Source: the human T2T-CHM13v2.0 reference genome, Homo sapiens. From it: a DNA stretch of 64,000 nucleotides. Made by a program: the position numbers and the translations under genes. The stretch lies in NCBI RefSeq assembly GCF_009914755.1, contig NC_060932.1, one strand, 5' to 3'. The notes beneath the pieces are model-generated. The model saw only the letters and a program-made list of their open reading frames with translations, ran no database searches and was not told where the DNA came from. How positions within the stretch are numbered: the stretch's first letter is position 1; every line of letters begins with the position of its first letter. Below are positions 38,801 through 50,700 of the stretch, piece by piece.

Positions 38801-41800
38801 TTCCATTCAAGTCACAGAGTGGAACATTCCCATTCATAGAGCAGGTTGGAAACACTCTTTTTGGAGTATCTGGAAGTGGACATTTGGAGCGCTTTCTGAA
38901 CTATGGTGAAAAAGGAAATATCTTCCAATGAAAACAAGACAGAAGCATTCTGAGAAACTTATTTGTGATGTGTGTCCTCAACAAACGGACTTGAAACTTT
39001 CGTTTCATGCAGTACTTCTGGAACACTCTTTTTGAAGATTCTGCATGCGGATATTTGGATAGCTTTGAGGATTTCGTTGGAAACGGTCTTACATGTAAAA
39101 ATTAGACAACAGCATTCTCAGAAACTTCTTTGTGGTGTCTGCATTCAAGTCACAGAATTGAACTTCCCCTCACATAGAGCAGTTGTGCAGCACTCTATTT
39201 GTAGTATCTGGAAGTGGACATTTGGAGGGCTTTGTAGCCTATCTGGAAAAAGGAATTATCTTCCCATGAATGCGAGATAGAAGTAATCTCAGAAACATGT
39301 TTATGCTGTATCTACTCAACTAACTGTGCTGAACATTTCTATTGATAGAGCAGTTTTGAGACACTCTTCTTTTGGAATCTGCAAGTGGATATTTGGATAG
39401 ATTTGAGGATTTCGTTGGAAACGGGATTATATATAAAAAGTAGACAGCAGCATTCTCAGAAACTTCTTTGTGATGTTTGCATCCAGCTCTCAGAGTTGAA
39501 CATTCCCTTTCATAGAGTAGGTTTGAAACCCTCTTTTTATAGTGTCTGGAAGCGGGCATTTGGAGCGCTTTCAGGCCTATGCTTAAAATAGGAAATATCT
39601 ACCTACAGAAACTAGACAGAAGCATTCTGAGAATCACGTTTGTGATGTGGGTACTCAACTAACAGTGTTGATCTATTCTTTTGATACAGCAGTTTTGAAC
39701 CACACTTTTTGTAGAATCTGCAAGAGGATATTTGGATAGCTGTGAGGATTTCGTTGGAAACGGTAATGTCTTCAAAGAAAATCTAGACAGAAGCATTCTC
39801 AGAAATACCTTCGTGATGTTTGCAATCAAGTCACAGAGTTGAACCTTCCGTTTCATAGAGCAGGTTGGAAACACTCTTATTGTAGTATCTGGAAGTGGAC
39901 ATTTGGAGCGCTTTCAGGCCTATGGTGAAAAAGGAAATATCTTCCCATAAAAACGATATAGAAGCTATCTCAGGAACTTGTTTATGATGCATCTAATCAA
40001 CTAACAGTGTTGAACCTTTGTACTGACAGAGCAGTTTGAAACACTCTTTTTTTGGAATCTGCAAGTGGATATTTGGATCCCTTTGAGGATTTCGTTGGAA
40101 ACGGGATGCAATATAAAACGTACACAGCAGCATACTCAGAAAATACTTTGCCATATTTCCATTCAAGTCACAGAGTGGAACATTCCCATTCATAGAGCAG
40201 GTTTGAAACACTCTTTTTGGAGTATCTGGAAGTGGACATTTGGAGCGCTTTCTGAACTATGGTGAAAAAGGAAATATCTTCCAATGAAAACAAGACAGAA
40301 GCATTCTGAGAAACTTATTTGTGATGTGTGTCCTCAACAAACGGACTTGAACCTTTCGTTTCATGCAGTACTTCTGGAACACTCTTTTTGAAGATTCTGC
40401 ATGCGGATATTTGGATAGCTTTGAGGATTTCGTTGGAAACGGGCTTACATGTAAAAATTAGACAGCAGCATTCTCAGAAACTTCTTTGTGGTGTCTGCAT
40501 TCAAGTCACAGAATTGAACTTCCCCTCACATAGAGCAGTTGTGCAGCACTCTATTTGTAGTATCTGGAAGTGGACATTTGGAGGGCTTTGTAGCCTATCT
40601 GGAAAAAGGAAATATCTTCCCATGAATGCGAGATAGAAGTAATCTCAGAAACATGTTTATGCTGTATCTACTCAACTAACTGTGCTGAACATTTCTATTG
40701 ATAGAGCAGTTTTGAGACACTCTTCTTTTGGAATCTGCAAGTGGATATTTGGATAGATTTGAGGATTTCGTTGGAAACGGGATTATATATAAAAAGTAGA
40801 CAGCAGCATTCTCAGAAACTTCTTTGTGATGTTTGCATCCAGCTCTCAGAGTTGAACATTCCCTTTCATAGAGTAGGTTTGAAACCCTCTTTTTATAGTG
40901 TCTGGAAGCGGGCATTTGGAGCGCTTTCAGGCCTATGCTTAAAATAGGAAATATCTACCTACAGAAACTAGACAGAAGCATTCTGAGAATCACGTTTGTG
41001 ATGTGGGTACTCAACTAACAGTGTTGATCCATTCTTTTGATACAGCAGTTTTGAACCACACTTTTTGTAGAATCTGCAAGAGGATATTTGGATAGCTGTG
41101 AGGATTTCGTTGGAAACGGGGATGTCTTCAAAGAAAATCTAGACAGAAGCATTCTCAGAAACACCTTCGTGATGTTTGCAATCAAGTCACAGAGTTGAAC
41201 CTTCCGTTTCATAGAGCAGGTTGGAAACACTCTTATTGTAGTATCTGGAAGTGGACATTTGGAGCGCTTTCAGGCCTATGGTGAAAAAGGAAATATCTTC
41301 CCATAAAAACGACATAGAAGCTATCTCAGGAACTTGTTTATGATGCATCTAATCAACTAACAGTGTTGAACCTTTGTACTGACAGAGCAGTTTGAAACAC
41401 TCTTTTTTTGGAATCTGCAAGTGGATATTTGGATCGCTTTGAGGATTTCGTTGGAAACGGGATGCAATATAAAACGTACACAGCAGCATACTCAGAAAAT
41501 ACTTTGCCATATTTCCATTCAAGTCACAGAGTGGAACATTCCCATTCATAGAGCAGGTTGGAAACACTCTTTTTGGAGTATCTGGAAGTGGACATTTGGA
41601 GCGCTTTCTGAACTATGGTGAAAAAGGAAATATCTTCCAATGAAAACAAGACAGAAGCATTCTGAGAAACTTATTTGTGATGTGTGTCCTCAACAAACGG
41701 ACTTGAACCTTTCGTTTCATGCAGTACTTCTGGAACACTCTTTTTGAAGATTCTGCATGCGGATATTTGGATAGCTTTGAGGATTTCGTTGGAAACGGGC

Positions 41801-42675
41801 TTACATGTAAAAATTAGACAGCAGCATTCTCAGAAACTTCTTTGTGGTGTCTGCATTCAAGTCACAGAATTGAACATCCCCTCACATAGAGCAGTTGTGC
41901 AGCACTCTATTTGTAGTATCTCGAAGTGGACATTTGGAGGGCTTTGTAGCCTATCTGGAAAAAGGAAATATCTTCCCATGAATGCGAGATAGAAGTAATC
42001 TCAGAAACATGTTTATGCTGTATCTACTCAACTAACTGTGCTGAACATTTCTATTGATAGAGCAGTTTTGAGACACTCTTCTTTTGGAATCTGCAAGTGG
42101 ATATTTGGATAGATTTGAGGATTTCATTGGAAACGGGATTATATATCAAAAGTAGACAGCAGCATTCTCAGAAACTTCTTTGTGATGTTTGCATCCAGCT
42201 CTCAGAGTTGAACATTCCCTTTCATAGAGTAGGTTTGAAACCCTCTTTTTATAGTGTCTGGAAGCGGGCATTTGGAGCGCTTTCAGGCCTATGCTGAAAA
42301 AGGAAATATCTACCTATAGAAACTAGACAGAAGCATTCTGAGAATCACGTTTGTGATGTGGGTACTCAACTAACAGTGTTGATCCATTCTTTTGATACAG
42401 CAGTTTTGAACCACCCTTTTTGTAGAATCTGCAAGTGGATATTTGGATAGCTGTGAGGATTTCGTTGGAAACGGGAATGTCTTCATAGAAAATTTAGACA
42501 GAAGCATTCTCAGAACCTTGATTGTGATGTGTGTTCTCCACTAACAGAGTTGAACCTTTCTTTTGACAGAACTGTTCTGAAACATTCTTTTTATAGAATA
42601 TGGAAGTGGATATTTGGAAAGCTTTGAGGATTTCGTTGGAAACGGGAATATCTTCAAATAAAATCTACCCAGAAG
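26893..42675 (+). repeat. Three tandem 31-mer super-HORs (7-mer + 3x8-mer, 5261 bp each)
   Basis: Unit starts 26893, 32154, 37415. 5261 = 2549+2x1356, and private SNVs recur at exactly 5261-bp spacing. Confidence 0.95.
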
Positions 42676-45600
42676 CATTCTGAGAAACATCTTAGGGATG
42701 TTTACATTCAAGTCACAGAGTTGAACATTCCCTTTCACAGAGCAGGTTTGAAACAATCTTCTCGTACTATCTGGCAGTGGACATTTTGAGCTCCTTGGGG
42801 CCTATGCTGAAAAAGGAAATATCTTCCGACAAAAACTAGACAGAAGCATTCGCAGAATCACGTTTGTGATGTGTGCACTCAACTGTCAGAATTGAACCTT
42901 GGTTTGGACAGAGCACTTTTGAAACACTCTTTTTGTAGAATCTGCAGGTGGATATTTGGCTAGCTTTGAGGATTTCGTTGGAAACGGTAATGTCTTCAAA
43001 GAAAATCTAGACAGAAGCATTCTCAGAAACACCTTCGTGATGTTTGCAATCAAGTCACAGAGTTGAACCTTCCGTTTCATAGAGCAGGTTGGAAACACTC
43101 TTTTTGTAGTATCTGGAAGTGGACATTTGGAGGGCTTTGTAGCCTATGTGGAAAAAGGAAATATCTTCCCATGAATGCGAGATAGAAGTAATCTCAGAAA
43201 CATGTTTATGCTGTATCTACTCAACTAACTGTGCTGAACATTTCTATTGATAGAGCAGTTTTGAGACACTCTTCTTTTGGAATCTGCAAGTGGATATTTG
43301 GATAGATTTGAGGATTTCGTTGGAAACGGGATTATATATAAAAAGTAGACAGCAGCATTCTCAGAAACTTCTTTGTGATGTTTGCATCCAGCTCTCAGAG
43401 TTGAACATTCCCTTTCATAGAGTAGGTTTGAAACCCTCTTTTTATAGTGTCTGGAAGCGGGCATTTGGAGCGCTTTCAGGCCTATGCTTAAAATAGGAAA
43501 TATCTACCTACAGAAACTAGACAGAAGCATTCTGAGAATCACGTTTGTGATGTGGGTACTCAACTAACAGTGTTGATCCATTCTTTTGATACAGCAGTTT
43601 TGAACCACACTTTTTGTAGAATCTGCAAGAGGATATGTGGATAGCTGTGAGGATTTCGTTGGAAACGGGAATGTCTTCAAAGAAAATCTAGACAGAAGCA
43701 TTCTCAGAAACACCTTCGTGATGTTTGCAATCAAGTCACAGAGTTGAACCTTCCGTTTCATAGAGCAGGTTGGAAACACTCTTATTGTAGTATCTGGAAG
43801 TGGACATTTGGAGCGCTTTCAGGCCTATGGTGAAAAAGGAAATATCTTCCCATAAAAACGACATAGAAGCTATCTCAGGAACTTGTTTATGATGCATCTA
43901 ATCAACTAACAGTGTTGAACCTTTGTACTGACAGAGCAGTTTGAAACACTTTTTTTTTGGAATCTGCAAGTGGATATTTGGATCGCTTTGAGGATTTCGT
44001 TGGAAACGGGATGCAATATAAAACGTACACAGCAGCATACTCAGAAAATACTTTGCCATATTTCCATTCAAGTCACAGAGTGGAACATTCCCATTCATAG
44101 AGCAGGTTGGAAACACTCTTTTTGGAGTATCTGGAAGTGGACATTTGGAGCGCTTTCTGAACTATGGTGAAAAAGGAAATATCTTCCAATGAAAACAAGA
44201 CAGAAGCATTCTGAGAAACTTATTTGTGATGTGTGTCCTCAACAAACGGACTTGAACCTTTCGTTTCATGCAGTACTTCTGGAACACTCTTTTTGAAGAT
44301 TCTGCATGCGGATATTTGGATAGCTTTGAGGATTTCGTTGGAAACGGGCTTACATGTAAAAATTAGACAGCAGCATTCTCAGAAACTTCTTTGTGGTGTC
44401 TGCATTCAAGTCACAGAATTGAACTTCCCCTCACATAGAGCAGTTGTGCAGCACTCTATTTGTAGTATCTGGAAGTGGACATTTGGAGGGCTTTGTAGCC
44501 TATCTGGAAAAAGGAAATATCTTCCCATGAATGCGAGATAGAAGTAATCTGAGAAACATGTTTATGCTGTATCTACTCAACTAACTGTGCTGAACATTTC
44601 TATTGATAGAGCATTTTGAGACACTCTTCTTTTGGAATCTGCAAGTGGATATTTGGATAGATTTGAGGATTTCGTTGGAAACGGGATTATATATAAAAAG
44701 TAGACAGCAGCATTCTCAGAAACTTCTTTGTGATGTTTGCATCCAGCTCTCAGAGTTGAACATTCCCTTTCATAGAGTAGGTTTGAAACCCTCTTTTTAT
44801 AGTGTCTGGAAGCGGGCATTTGGAGCGCTTTCAGGCCTATGCTGAAAAAGGAAATATCTACCTATAGAAACTAGACAGAAGCATTCTGAGAATCACGTTT
44901 GTGATGTGGGTACTCAACTAACAGTGTTGATCCATTCTTTTGATACAGCAGTTTTGAACCACACTTTTTGTAGAATCTGCAAGTGGATATTTGGATAGCT
45001 GTGAGGATTTCGTTGGAAACGGGAATGTCTTCATAGAAAATGTAGACAGAAGCATTCTCAGAACCTTGATTGTGATGTGTGTTCTCCACTAACAGAGTTG
45101 AACCTTTCTTTTGACAGAACTGTTCTGAAACATTCTTTTTATAGAATCTGGAAGTGGATATTTGGAAAGCTTTGAGGATTTCGTTGGAAACGGGAATATC
45201 TTCAAATCAAATCTAGCCAGAAGCATTCTAAGAAACATCTTAGGGATGTTTACATTCAAGTCACAGAGTTGAACATTCCCTTTCACAGAGCAGGTTTGAA
45301 ACAATCTTCTCGTACTATCTGGCAGTGGACATTTTGAGCTCCTTGGGGCCTATGCTGAAAAAGGAAATATCTTCCGACAAAAACTAGACAGAAGCATTCG
45401 CAGAATCACGTTTGTGATGTGTGCACTCAACTGTCAGAATTGAACCTTGGTTTGGACAGAGCACTTTTGAAACACTCTTTTTGTAGAATCTGCAGGTGGA
45501 TATTTGGCTAGCTTTGAGGATTTCGTTGGAAACGGTAATGTCTTCAAAGAAAATCTAGACAGAAGCATTCTCAGAAACACCTTCGTGATGTTTGCAATCA

Positions 45601-47772
45601 AGTCACAGAGTTGAACCTTCCGTTTCATAGAGCAGGTTGGAAACACTCTTTTTGTAGTATCTGGAAGTGGACATTTGGAGGGCTTTGTAGCCTATCTGGA
45701 AAAAGGAAATATCTTCCCATGAATGCGAGATAGAAGTAATCTCAGAAACATGTTTATGCTGTATCTACTCAACTAACTGTGCTGAACATTTCTATTGATA
45801 GAGCAGTTTTGAGACACTCTTCTTTTGGAATCTGCAAGTGGATATTTGGATAGATTTGAGGATTTCGTTGGAAACGGGATTATATATAAAAAGTAGACAG
45901 CAGCATTCTCAGAAACTTCTTTGTGATGTTTGCATCCAGCTCTCAGAGTTGAACATTCCCTTTCATAGAGTAGGTTTGAAACCCTCTTTTTATAGTGTCT
46001 GGAAGCGGGCATTTGGAGCGCTTTCAGGCCTATGCTTAAAATAGGAAATATCTACCTACAGAAACTAGACAGAAGCATTCTGAGAATCACGTTTGTGATG
46101 TGGGTACTCAACTAACAGTGTTGATCCATTCTTTTGATACAGCAGTTTTGAACCACACTTTTTGTAGAATCTGCAAGAGGATATTTGGATAGCTGTGAGG
46201 ATTTCGTTGGAAACGGGAATGTCTTCAAAGAAAATCTAGACAGAAACATTCTCAGAAACACCTTCGTGATGTTTGCAATCAAGTCACAGAGTTGAACCTT
46301 CCGTTTCATAGAGCAGGTTGGAAACACTCTTATTGTAGTATCTGGAAGTGGACATTTGGAGCGCTTTCAGGCCTATGGTGAAAAAGGAAATATCTTCCCA
46401 TAAAAACGACATAGAAGCTATCTCAGGAACTTGTTTATGATGCATCTAATCAACTAACAGTGTTGAACCTTTGTACTGACAGAGCAGTTTGAAACACTCT
46501 TTTTTTGGAATCTGCAAGTGGATATTTGGATCGCTTTGAGGATTTCGTTGGAAACGGGATGCAATATAAAACGTACACAGCAGCATACTCAGAAAATACT
46601 TTGCCATATTTCCATTCAAGTCACAGAGTGGAACATTCCCATTCATAGAGCAGGTTGGAAACACTCTTTTTGGAGTATCTGGAAGTGGACATTTGGAGCG
46701 CTTTCTGAACTATGGTGAAAAAGGAAATATCTTCCAATGAAAACAAGACAGAAGCATTCTGAGAAACTTATTTGTGATGTGTGTCCTCAACAAACGGACT
46801 TGAACCTTTCGTTTCATGCAGTACTTCTGGAACACTCTTTTTGAAGATTCTGCATGCGGATATTTGGATAGCTTTGAGGATTTCGTTGGAAACGGGCTTA
46901 CATGTAAAAATTAGACAGCAGCATTCTCAGAAACTTCTTTGTGGTGTCTGCATTCAAGTCACAGAATTGAACATCCCCTCACATAGAGCAGTTGTGCAGC
47001 ACTCTATTTGTAGTATCTGGAAGTGGACATTTGGAGGGCTTTGTAGCCTATGTGGAAAAAGGAAATATCTTCCCATGAATGCGAGATAGAAGTAATCTCA
47101 GAAACATGTTTATGCTGTACCTACTCAACTAACTGTGCTGAACATTTCTATTGATAGAGCAGTTTTGAGACACTCTTCTTTTGGAATCTGCAAGTGGATA
47201 TTTGGATAGATTTGAGGATTTCGTTGGAAACGGGATTATATATCAAAAGTAGACAGCAGCATTCTCAGAAACTTCTTTGTGATGTTTGCATCCAGCTCTC
47301 AGAGTTGAACATTCCCTTTCATAGAGTAGGTTTGAAACCCTCTTTTTATAGTGTCTGGAAGCGGGCATTTGGAGCGCTTTCAGGCCTATGCTGAAAAAGG
47401 AAATATCTACCTATAGAAACTAGACAGAAGCATTCTGAGAATCACGTTTGTGATGTGGGTACTCAACTAACAGTGTTGATCCATTCTTTTGATACAGCAG
47501 TTTTGAACCACACTTTTTGTAGAATCTGCAAGTGGATATTTGGATAGCTGTGAGGATTTCGTTGGAAACGGGAATGTCTTCATAGAAAATTTAGACAGAA
47601 GCATTCTCAGAACCTTGATTGTGATGTGTGTTCTCCACTAACAGAGTTGAACCTTTCTTTTGACAGAACTGTTCTGAAACATTCTTTTTATAGAATCTGG
47701 AAGTGGATATTTGGAAAGCTTTGAGGATTTCGTTGGAAACGGGAATATCTTCAAATCAAATCTAGCCAGAAG
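42676..47772 (+). repeat. Two 15-mer HORs (mostly central haplotype)
   Basis: Starts 42676 (2548 bp, G deleted after 44613) and 45224 (2549 bp). Confidence 0.92.
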
Positions 47773-50700
47773 CATTCTAAGAAACATCTTAGGGATGTTT
47801 ACATTCAAGTCACAGAGTTGAACATTCCCTTTCACAGAGCAGGTTTGAAACAATCTTCTCGTACTATCTGGCAGTGGACATTTTGAGCTCCTTGGGGCCT
47901 ATGCTGAAAAAGGAAATATCTTCCGACAAAAACTAGACAGAAGCATTCGCAGAATCACGTTTGTGATGTGTGCACTCAACTGTCAGAATTGAACCTTGGT
48001 TTGGACAGAGCACTTTTGAAACACTCTTTTTGTAGAATCTGCAGGTGGATATTTGGCTAGCTTTGAGGATTTCGTTGGAAACGGTAATGTCTTCAAAGAA
48101 AATCTAGACAGAAGCATTCTCAGAAACACCATCGTGATGTTTGCAATCAAGTCACAGAGTTGAACCTTCCGTTTCATAGAGCAGGTTGGAAACACTCTTT
48201 TTGTAGTATCTGGAAGTGGACATTTGGAGGGCTTTGTAGCCTATCTGGAAAAAGGAAATATCTTCCCATGAATGCGAGATAGAAGTAATCTGAGAAACAT
48301 GTTTATGCTGTATCTACTCAACTAACTGTGCTGAACATTTCTATTGATAGAGCAGTTTTGAGACACTCTTCTTTTGGAATCTGCAAGTGGATATTTGGAT
48401 AGATTTGAGGATTTCGTTGGAAACGGGATTATATATAAAAAGTAGACAGCAGCATTCTCAGAAACTTCTTTGTGATGTTTGCATCCAGCTCTCAGAGTTG
48501 AACATTCCCTTTCATAGAGTAGGTTTGAAACCCTCTTTTTATAGTGTCTGGAAGCGGGCATTTGGAGCGCTTTCAGGCCTATGCTTAAAATAGGAAATAT
48601 CTACCTACAGAAACTAGACAGAAGCATTCTGAGAATCACGTTTGTGATGTGGGTACTCAACTAACAGTGTTGATCTATTCTTTTGATACAGCAGTTTTGA
48701 ACCACACTTTTTGTAGAATCTGCAAGAGGATATTTGGATAGCTGTGAGGATTTCGTTGGAAACGGGAATGTCTTCAAAGAAAATCTAGACAGAAGCATTC
48801 TCAGAAATACCTTCGTGATGTTTGCAATCAAGTCACAGAGTTGAACCTTCCGTTTCATAGAGCAGGTTGGAAACACTCTTATTGTAGTATCTGGAAGTGG
48901 ACATTTGGAGCGCTTTCAGGCCTATGGTGAAAAAGGAAATATCTTCCCATAAAAACGATATAGAAGCTATCTCAGGAACTTGTTTATGATGCATCTAATC
49001 AACTAACAGTGTTGAACCTTTGTACTGACAGAGCAGTTTGAAACACTCTTTTTTTGGAATCTGCAAGTGGATATTTGGATCGCTTTGAGGATTTCGTTGG
49101 AAACGGGATGCAATATAAAACGTACACAGCAGCATACTCAGAAAATACTTTGCCATATTTCCATTCAAGTCACAGAGTGGAACATTCCCATTCATAGAGC
49201 AGGTTGGAAACACTCTTTTTGGAGTATCTGGAAGTGGACATTTGGAGCGCTTTCTGAACTATGGTGAAAAAGGAAATATCTTCCAATGAAAACAAGACAG
49301 AAGCATTCTGAGAAACTTATTTGTGATGTGTGTCCTCAACAAACGGACTTGAACCTTTCGTTTCATGCAGTACTTCTGGAACACTCTTTTTGAAGATTCT
49401 GCATGCGGATATTTGGATAGCTTTGAGGATTTCGTTGGAAACGGGCTTACATGTAAAAATTAGACAGCAGCATTCTCAGAAACTTCTTTGTGGTGTCTGC
49501 ATTCAAGTCACAGAATTGAACTTCCCCTCACATAGAGCAGTTGTGCAGCACTCTATTTGTAGTATCTGGAAGTGGACATTTGGAGGGCTTTGTAGCCTAT
49601 CTGGAAAAAGGAAATATCTTCCCATGAATGCGAGATAGAAGTAATCTCAGAAACATGTTTATGCTGTATCTACTCAACTAACTGTGCTGAACATTTCTAT
49701 TGATAGAGCAGTTTTGAGACACTCTTCTTTTGGAATCTGCAAGTGGATATTTGGATAGATTTGAGGATTTCGTTGGAAAAGGGATTATATATCAAAAGTA
49801 GACAGCAGCATTCTCAGAAACTTCTTTGTGATGTTTGCATCCAGCTCTCAGAGTTGAACATTCCCTTTCATAGAGTAGGTTTGAAACCCTCTTTTTATAG
49901 TGTCTGGAAGCGGGCATTTGGAGCGCTTTCAGACCTATGCTTAAAATAGGAAATATCTACCTACAGAAACTAGACAGAAGCATTCTGAGAATCTCGTTTG
50001 TGATGTGGGTACTCAACTAACAGTGTTGATCCATTCTTTTGATACAGCAGTTTTGAACCACACTTTTTGTAGAATCTGCAAGAGGATATTTGGATAGCTG
50101 TGAGGATTTCGTTGGAAACGGGAATGTCTTCAAAGAAAATCTAGACAGAAACATTCTCAGAAACACCTTCGTGATGTTTGCAATCAAGTCACAGAGTTGA
50201 ACCTTCCGTTTCATAGAGCAGGTTGGAAACACTCTTATTGTAGTATCTGGAAGTGGACATTTGGAGCGCTTTCAGGCCTATGGTGAAAAAGGAAATATCT
50301 TCCCATAAAAGCGACATAGAAGCTATCTCAGGAACTTGTTTATGAGGCATCTAATCAACTAACAGTGTTGAACCTTTGTACTGACAGAGCAGTTTGAAAC
50401 ACTCTTTTTTTGGAATCTGCAAGTGGATATTTGGATCGCTTTGAGGATTTCGTTGGAAACGGGATGCAATATAAAACGTACACAGCAGCATACTCAGAAA
50501 ATTCTTTGCCATATTTCCATTCAAGTCACAGAGTGGAACATTCCCATTCATAGAGCAGGTTGGAAACACTCTTTTTGGAGTATCTGGAAGTGGACATTTG
50601 GAGCGCTTTCTGAACTATGGTGAAAAAGGAAATATCTTCCAATGAAAACAAGACAGAAGCATTCTGAGAAACTTATTTGTGATGTGTGTCCTCAACAAAC

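Noticed and set aside
25322-41121. CENP-B boxes ending CGGGG (25322, 35844, 41105, and j at ~36523) or CGGGC (j monomers) as lost boxes
   Set aside because: Only the last, non-core position changes and the TTCG-A-CGGG core is retained.
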